DNA from: Clostridia bacterium
Lineage (GTDB): Bacteria; Bacillota; Clostridia; Christensenellales; UBA1242
Reading direction: 5' to 3'
Length of the DNA stretch: 64,000 bases
Assembly (NCBI GenBank): GCA_045650505.1
Contig: JAZRRE010000030.1
Span: 6,966-70,965, forward strand
This document shows, piece by piece, positions 9,774-16,140 of the stretch. Both the position numbers and the translations under genes were made by a program. The notes under the pieces are model-generated. The model did no database searches. It was given only the letters and a program-made list of their open reading frames with translations, and was not told where the DNA came from. Position 1 is the first letter of the stretch, and every line of letters begins with the position of its first letter.

Positions 9774-10772
9774 TTACACTCTCAAATCACTTGATATAAT
9801 ATTTAAATTTCCTGATAAAATTTCTTTTAAACCATAATTCTTTTTTGTTCTGTTATCAACAACTTTGTTTCTATCAAAATCAAAAATCAACACAGGTGTA
9901 TCTGCAAAAATTGCATTTTTTAATGAATTTCTTTGATTTTTTATATTTTTTTCTCTATTTTCTTTAGATTTTTGCAGTATTTTTTCTTTAAGTGCCGCCA
10001 TTGCTTTCTCTTTATTTTTGCCCTGACTTCTTTCATCTTGACACTCTGCAGTGATTCCCGTTGGAAGATGAATAAGTTTCACAGCACTTTCAGTTTTGTT
10101 TATGTGCTGACCACCAGCACCACTAGATTTTGAAATTTCAATCGCAATATCTTCTTCACGAAGTTCAATTTCTTTTTCACTGTCTAAAAGCACAACCACA
10201 AGTGCAGTTGTTTCGCTTGTGTTCTCTATTTTTCGAATTGTTCCACCAATCGATTTCAAAACTTCAAACGAATTTTCACCTTCAACACAAATTGAAATTT
10301 GCGAATCGGTTTCACTAATCACTTCGGTTTCAAATTTATTTAAAGAAGCATAATTTAAAACCAAATCTTTTAGTTCAAGAACAAGTCCACCATTTCCTTG
10401 TTTTTGTGAGATTTCAATTTTTGTTTTTTGAACTTCTTTTGAACCTTCATCAAAATAAATCTCTTTCACTTTTTCAAAAAGTTCATTTGATTCTTTTTCA
10501 AGATTTGCAGATGAACTTAAATATTCTTGTCTTTGAGTTTCATCAGTTTCGGTATCTGCAAGTTCTTTAGAAAGCAAAAATTCTTCATTCTTATTTTTAT
10601 ATTCTTTAAAAGCTGACACAACCTTTTCAAGTTTTGCCTTTGCCTTTCGATAATATTCAAAAAGTTTATTGTCTGACATAATTTCAACAGAGCATAAAAG
10701 TTCAAAATATTCATCATATTTTGCCTCCAACTCACAAAATTTATCATAATACTTTTGATTCACATTATCCAT
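9774..10772 (-). CDS. class-I peptide chain release factor homologue (RF1-like) with intact GGQ domain but no PxT/SPF decoding motif
   Basis: SSGAGGQHINKTESAVKLIHLPTGI...CQDERSQGKNKEKA is a canonical GGQ domain. N- and C-terminal regions resemble RF1. The only prolines are in HLPTG and DTPVL, both at or after the GGQ domain. Confidence 0.75.
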   Translation of the reverse strand: MDNVNQKYYDKFCELEAKYDEYFELLCSVEIMSDNKLFEYYRKAKAKLEKVVSAFKEYKNKNEEFLLSKELADTETDETQRQEYLSSSANLEKESNELFEKVKEIYFDEGSKEVQKTKIEISQKQGNGGLVLELKDLVLNYASLNKFETEVISETDSQISICVEGENSFEVLKSIGGTIRKIENTSETTALVVVLLDSEKEIELREEDIAIEISKSSGAGGQHINKTESAVKLIHLPTGITAECQDERSQGKNKEKAMAALKEKILQKSKENREKNIKNQRNSLKNAIFADTPVLIFDFDRNKVVDNRTKKNYGLKEILSGNLNIISSDLRV

Positions 10773-10778
10773 AATAAC

Positions 10779-10807
10779 ATAATAACAAATATTTCTTTAT
10801 TTTTCAA
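10779..10807 (-). promoter_or_regulatory. sigma-A type promoter placing +1 on the ATG of the RF-like gene (leaderless geometry)
   Basis: TTGAAA (10807-10802), 17 nt, TATTAT (10784-10779), 6 nt, ATG (10772). No SD. Confidence 0.55.
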
Positions 10808-10918
10808 TTATTAACCACCTGAAAATTTTAAAAATCTAGCAAAATCACACAAAATAAGATTTTGTAACAAACATTTTTTGTGTTATTATATTGGTGTAGA
10901 AAACTACAAGGAGTATTT

Positions 10919-11881
10919 ATGAATTTTACAGTTCTTGGATGTGGGCGTTGGGGCTCATTTATCGCATGGTATTTAAACACAAATAATCATAATGTCACCG
11001 TTTGGGGCAGAGCCGGTCATCAAATTGTTGAAGACCTTATAAAAACAAGAAAAAATGAATATGTTGAATTTCCTGACAGCATTGAAATCACCAAAGATTT
11101 AGACTATGCACTTTCAAAAAGTGAATATATTATCATTTCAATCAGTGCACAAGGTGTTCGCGACCTTATGACTTATGTTAGTCAAAATGAAGACTTCAAA
11201 AATAAAAAATACATTCTCTGTATGAAAGGAATCGAAGATTCAACAGGTTCAAGATTGTCACAAATTTTGATTGAGTTTGGGGTTAACCAAAACAATATTG
11301 CTGTTTGGGTTGGTCCAGGACACATTCAATCATTCACAGCAAAAATCCCTAGTTGTATGGTAATTGATTCATATAATGAAGAATTGTCTATGTTTTTGGT
11401 TAACACATTAAAAACCGACCTCATTCGTTTTTATCAAGGCAAAGACATTGTTGGTTCTGAAATTGGCGCCGCTGCAAAAAATGTTATGGGTATTGCTGCG
11501 GGTCTTCTTGATGGAATGGGCTATTCAACCTTGAAAGGTGGTCTTATGGCTCGTGGCACAAGAGAAATTTCAAGACTCATCAAAGCCTGTGGTGGAAATG
11601 AATTTTCTGCTTATGGTCTTTGCCATCTTGGTGATTATGAAGCAACTCTTTTCTCACAATATTCTCACAACAGAATGTGGGGCGAAAAATTTGCAAAGGG
11701 TGAAGAATTCCCTAAACTTGCTGAAGGTGTTATGACATCTTCTGCCCTTTTAAAAATGGCTGAAAAAGTTGATGTTGAACTTCCAATCACTGAAATTGTT
11801 TATAATGTTATTAATAACAAAATCACAAAAGATGAAGCAATTAAACAACTTTTTGCAAGACAAATCACAACAGAGTTTTAA
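10919..11881 (+). CDS. gpsA: NAD(P)H-dependent glycerol-3-phosphate dehydrogenase
   Basis: MNFTVLGCGRWGSFIAWYL Rossmann start, GPGHIQSF and EIGAAAKNVMGIAAG motifs. I prefer ATG 10919 (SD AAGGAG 7 nt upstream) over the track start 10880. Confidence 0.85.
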   Translation: MNFTVLGCGRWGSFIAWYLNTNNHNVTVWGRAGHQIVEDLIKTRKNEYVEFPDSIEITKDLDYALSKSEYIIISISAQGVRDLMTYVSQNEDFKNKKYILCMKGIEDSTGSRLSQILIEFGVNQNNIAVWVGPGHIQSFTAKIPSCMVIDSYNEELSMFLVNTLKTDLIRFYQGKDIVGSEIGAAAKNVMGIAAGLLDGMGYSTLKGGLMARGTREISRLIKACGGNEFSAYGLCHLGDYEATLFSQYSHNRMWGEKFAKGEEFPKLAEGVMTSSALLKMAEKVDVELPITEIVYNVINNKITKDEAIKQLFARQITTEF

Positions 11882-11927
11882 AAAACTGCAAAAATATATG
11901 AAAAATAAGTGAAAAATGCGTAAAAAA

Positions 11928-11960
11928 TAAAAAGATATGGAAAATTCCATATCTTTTTTT
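11928..11960. terminator. bidirectional intrinsic terminator
   Basis: A-run, stem AGATATGG/CCATATCT (11933-11954), T-run. Confidence 0.75.
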
Positions 11961-12699
11961 ATTTTATTCTAAATTCTATAAGGTTATCTTTGTCTTGTTT
12001 TTCAACTCTAAAACTATCTCTGCACTTACATATTGCTTTATTTTGAACAAACTTTGAAAGTGTTTTCTTGTTTAACAGTTCATAAGTTTTTTCTTTAAAT
12101 TTCATAAACGCAAAACTCAAAAGCCAAGCAAGTGCCATATTGATATAATATTTATCTGTTTTAATATCTTCACACATTTTTAAAATTTGAACAATAAATT
12201 CTTTTTCTAAAAAGCAGGTCATCAAAACAACAATTCCAAACCTTGAAACAAACTCACTTGAGTCATAGCAAAGTGATAAATAAAAATCAAAATGTTTATT
12301 TTTTTCTTTTGAATTTTTAAGACCTTTCATTGTTGAAACAACAGTGTCACAAGTTGACCAATTATCAATTTTGTGAACCCATTTTTTGAAATAGTCTTTT
12401 TGCTTTTCCAAATCTTTAATTTCAGCAATCACCAAACCTTGAATCAAGGTTTCTTCATAAAACTCATCATAAAGCCCATTTGAAAGTGAAAGTTCTAAAA
12501 ATTTTTCATAACCTGCTTTAAAGATTTTTTTTGCAAACTTTCGAATAGTTGCCATTGAAATTGCAATCACATTTTGCTTTGTGTTTAAAATTTTTATATG
12601 TCTTTCGTGGTCTTCAACGGTTTCATTTTTTGAAACACTTTTTAGCGCCTCAAGCAAGGTTTTTAAATCTTCTTTTGATTCTATTTGAAAATCAAACAT
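11959..12699 (-). CDS. DNA alkylation repair-like HEAT-repeat protein
   Basis: All-helical 246-aa ORF. HKIDNWSTCDTV resembles the W..D.W...D signature of the DNA_alkylation family. Start overlaps the rel stop by 1 nt. Confidence 0.5.
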   Translation of the reverse strand: MFDFQIESKEDLKTLLEALKSVSKNETVEDHERHIKILNTKQNVIAISMATIRKFAKKIFKAGYEKFLELSLSNGLYDEFYEETLIQGLVIAEIKDLEKQKDYFKKWVHKIDNWSTCDTVVSTMKGLKNSKEKNKHFDFYLSLCYDSSEFVSRFGIVVLMTCFLEKEFIVQILKMCEDIKTDKYYINMALAWLLSFAFMKFKEKTYELLNKKTLSKFVQNKAICKCRDSFRVEKQDKDNLIEFRIK

Positions 12700-14798
12700 T
12701 ATTTAACCTCATAAACCGACTTTAAAGAAGCAAGTTTATTTTTAACAGTTGAAAGTTGATTTTTGTCGTGAACCAAAACACCAATTTTGATTAAAAGTTC
12801 ACCGTTTGCAGCTTCATTGGTGTTTATTGACTGAACTTTCACACCAACTTCACTTAAGGCATTTGTGAGTTCAACATAAACATTTCCACCACTCTTTGTT
12901 AAAATTTCAACAATAGATGTGAATGTATAATTTTCATCACCAGCAATATTCCAACCAACATTTATAAACCTTGAACTTTCAAGTTTTTCAATATTTTCAC
13001 AGAGTTTATTGTGAATAACAATACCTCTGCCCCTTGAAACATAACCAATAATCTCATCACCAGGAATTGGGTTACAACATTTGCAATAGTTTGTAAGCAT
13101 TCCTTCAGCACCAAGAATTTGGGCTTTATTTTCAATTTTAACAGGATTGCTTGTTGAAACCTGGTCTAAAATTGTTTTGCTCTTTTTTTCTTCAATAATC
13201 TTCGAACTAATAAGTGCATTAACAACCTTTTCAGCACCAATTGAGCCGCAGCCTACTGCTGCAAAGAGTTCTTCAACAGCCACAAGTGCGTGTCTTTTTA
13301 AAATTGGAGCAACCCACTCATCTTTCATAAGTGATGAAAGTGCAACTTCATTAGATTTTGCAACTTGTTCAAGCATAGACTTTCCAAGTTTGATATTTTC
13401 ATCTTTCATCTGCTTTTTGAAGAAACTATTGATTTTTTGTTTTGTTGAGTGAAGTTTTGCGTGTTTGAGCCAATCACGAGATGGACCTTTTGAGTTTGTT
13501 GCTGTCAAAATTTCAACCACATCACCGTTTGAAAGTGAAGATGTGAGTGGCACCATCAAGCCGTTAACTTTTGCACCCACACACTTGTTTCCAACATCAG
13601 AGTGAATTGCATAAGCAAAGTCAATCGGTGTTGCACTTTCAACAAGTTTAATAACTTTTCCAAGTGGGGTTTGAACAAAAATTTCACCAAGATAAACATC
13701 AGTTTTAAGTTCTTCTAAAAGTTCATTAGAAGAAACATTGTCTTTATTTTCAAGAAGTTTTCTAATAGATAAAAGTTTCTTGTCAACATTTGCAAGTGAA
13801 CGCTTATGTTCTTTATATAAAAAGTGCGCAGCAACACCGTATTCAGCAAAATCGTGCATATCATAAGTTCTAATTTGAACTTCGAAAAATTCATCTTGGA
13901 AATGCACGGTTGTGTGAAGCGATTGATAACCGTTTGGTTTTGGGCTTGCAATATAGTCTTTAAATCTGCCATCAACCGGAACAAAGTTTGAATGCACCAT
14001 TCCAAGCGCCATATAACATTCGCTGATATTCTCTACGAGAATTCTAACAGCAACAATATCATAAATATTTTTCACTGAAACTTTTTTGTTTGTGATTTTA
14101 TTATAAATGCTTGAAATGTGTTTGATTCTACCATAACAAGTGCAATCGATTCCATTTTTCTGCATTAACCCTTTAATGTTGTTAACCACCTTTGTAAGCA
14201 TATTTTTGTTTACACGGGTTTCTTTTTTAACTTCATCAACAAGTTTTCTGCACTCTTCAGGTTTATGGAATTGGAACGACAAGTCTTGAAGTTCAGATTT
14301 AATTTCACTTAAACCTAATCTTGCCGCAATTGGCGAATATATATCATCAATCGATTTAAAAATTCTAATCGCACGCTCATTGTTTATGTTTTGCACATTT
14401 TTTCTTGCAAAAACAAGAATTTGCGCCGACTTGATAATGATTACCCTGATGTCTTTAGTGATTGCAATAAGCATTTCTTTAAGACCTTCAGCATCAGTGT
14501 AAACCCTTGAATATTTTTCAACAGAAAGAAGCATTTCTAAAATTTTTGCAATCTCTTTGTTTGGAGCAAATTTTTCAATAGCTTCAGTGTGAAGTTTTGC
14601 GAAAGGAAAAATTATTGCAGCACAAGCACTGTTTGCATCAAGTTTTAATCTCACAACCACTTCTGTGATTTCTTCAGCATCAAGCGCAGCGTTGACATCT
14701 TCTGCGTAAGTCTTTTTCAAGTTTTCAAAAACTTGAATCAACACTTTTGCTTCTTCTTTTGAATATTTATCTTTTAAAAAGTTTTCGTTTATAATCAT
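12699..14798 (-). CDS. relA: long RelA/SpoT-homologue (p)ppGpp synthetase with TGS and ACT domains; hydrolase (HD) site apparently degenerate
   Basis: Synthetase motifs KDYIASPKPNGYQSLHTTV and EVQIRTYDMHDFAEYGVAAHFLYKE, plus a TGS region ...GNKCVGAKVNG... Where Rel has HD...ED and RLHN, this protein reads IIFPFAKL and AQILVFAR. Confidence 0.9.
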   Translation of the reverse strand: MIINENFLKDKYSKEEAKVLIQVFENLKKTYAEDVNAALDAEEITEVVVRLKLDANSACAAIIFPFAKLHTEAIEKFAPNKEIAKILEMLLSVEKYSRVYTDAEGLKEMLIAITKDIRVIIIKSAQILVFARKNVQNINNERAIRIFKSIDDIYSPIAARLGLSEIKSELQDLSFQFHKPEECRKLVDEVKKETRVNKNMLTKVVNNIKGLMQKNGIDCTCYGRIKHISSIYNKITNKKVSVKNIYDIVAVRILVENISECYMALGMVHSNFVPVDGRFKDYIASPKPNGYQSLHTTVHFQDEFFEVQIRTYDMHDFAEYGVAAHFLYKEHKRSLANVDKKLLSIRKLLENKDNVSSNELLEELKTDVYLGEIFVQTPLGKVIKLVESATPIDFAYAIHSDVGNKCVGAKVNGLMVPLTSSLSNGDVVEILTATNSKGPSRDWLKHAKLHSTKQKINSFFKKQMKDENIKLGKSMLEQVAKSNEVALSSLMKDEWVAPILKRHALVAVEELFAAVGCGSIGAEKVVNALISSKIIEEKKSKTILDQVSTSNPVKIENKAQILGAEGMLTNYCKCCNPIPGDEIIGYVSRGRGIVIHNKLCENIEKLESSRFINVGWNIAGDENYTFTSIVEILTKSGGNVYVELTNALSEVGVKVQSINTNEAANGELLIKIGVLVHDKNQLSTVKNKLASLKSVYEVK

Positions 14799-14829
14799 AG
14801 GAAATCCTCCTATTTTTATGATTTTTTAA

Positions 14830-16140
14830 TTAGTCTTCTTTATTTTCTAACAATTTTTCTTTTGCGTTTGAAAGCATAAGTTTAATACGGTTTTCTTGAT
14901 TGATTTTTGAAGCCGAAGCGTCATAGTCAATCGCAATAATATTTGCTTCAGGGTTGCGTTCACGAATTTCTTTCATCATACCCTTTCCAACAATGTGGTT
15001 TGGAAGACAACCGAATGGTTGTGTGCAAATAATGTTGCCAAAGCCACGCTCAACAAGTTCAATCATTTCAGCAGTGAGAAGCCAACCTTCGCCCATTTTA
15101 ACACCTTTGCTGATATAACCTTTTCTTGATTTGATTGTATCATCAAAGAGTGATGGTGGAACAAATTTTCCACTCTTTTTAACTGCATTAATGATGTCTT
15201 GTTCTTTTTTTAGCAAGAACTTATAAATAAGTTTTGAAACAACAGCTTTGATTTTCTTCATACCATAAAAGTCATAGTCAATGACATTGTTATAAATACA
15301 ATAAAGCATAAAGTCAAGAAGACCCGGAACATAAACTTCTGCACCTTCACGATATAAAAAGTCTTCAAGGTCATTGTTTCCAAGTGGAGAATATTTAACA
15401 AAAATTTCACCAACAATGCCAACCTTTGGTTTTGGAACAACATTGAGTTCAATTTTTGAGAAACTTTCAACAATAGGCTCAAAGTTTGCTTTAACATGCT
15501 TATATTTCAAATTCTTTTTGTCTTTAAATTCGTTTGAGAGTTTTTCAACCCAAAATTCAACAAGCCTGTCCGCTTCACCTTTGTTAACTTCATAAGGCAA
15601 ACATTGGTTTTTAAGAAGCATTAAAAGGTCACCATAAAGCAAGCATTTTGCAAGGTTATAAAACTGTGGAATTGTGAACCTGAAACCAGGTTGTGTGTCA
15701 AGCCCACTAAAGTTAAACGAAAGCACAGGAATATATGAAAGCCCTGCTTTCTTTAACGCTTTTTTGAGCAAGAACAAATAGTTTGATGCACGGCAACCAC
15801 CACCTGTTTGTGAGATTACAAGCGCAATTTTGTGTGTATCATACTTTCCTGAAAGCACAGCGTCCATAAGTTGACCAATAACAAGTGTTGCAGGATAGCA
15901 AGTATCGTTATGAACATATTTAAGACCTGTTTGAGCAACCTCCATACCCTTGCTCTCAAGAAGTTCAACACTATAACCAAATTCTTTAAGCATTTGCTTC
16001 AAAAGAGCAAAGTGAATAGGAAGCATTGTTGGAACTAAAAGTGTGTAATCTTTTTTATTTTCTTCCAAAAACAATGCATCACCATGCTCATCATAAGCAA
16101 CGCCATCAATAACTTTATAATTCATTTTTCTTTCTTTCAT
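14830..16140 (-). CDS. 2-hydroxyacyl-CoA dehydratase D-component-like protein (partner of the upstream activase)
   Basis: HNDTCYPA and QTGGGCRASNY motifs. Overlaps the upstream ORF by 26 nt in another frame. Confidence 0.6.
   Translation of the reverse strand: MKERKMNYKVIDGVAYDEHGDALFLEENKKDYTLLVPTMLPIHFALLKQMLKEFGYSVELLESKGMEVAQTGLKYVHNDTCYPATLVIGQLMDAVLSGKYDTHKIALVISQTGGGCRASNYLFLLKKALKKAGLSYIPVLSFNFSGLDTQPGFRFTIPQFYNLAKCLLYGDLLMLLKNQCLPYEVNKGEADRLVEFWVEKLSNEFKDKKNLKYKHVKANFEPIVESFSKIELNVVPKPKVGIVGEIFVKYSPLGNNDLEDFLYREGAEVYVPGLLDFMLYCIYNNVIDYDFYGMKKIKAVVSKLIYKFLLKKEQDIINAVKKSGKFVPPSLFDDTIKSRKGYISKGVKMGEGWLLTAEMIELVERGFGNIICTQPFGCLPNHIVGKGMMKEIRERNPEANIIAIDYDASASKINQENRIKLMLSNAKEKLLENKED

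Noticed and set aside
10880-10918. Upstream GTG start for gpsA. Likewise 26722 for the ABC gene, 41173 for the HAD gene, TTG 40391 for ltaS, TTG 53289 for aspS and 54700 for gatC.
   Set aside because: In each case an internal ATG with a well-spaced AGGAG-type SD coincides with the conserved N-terminus of the family.
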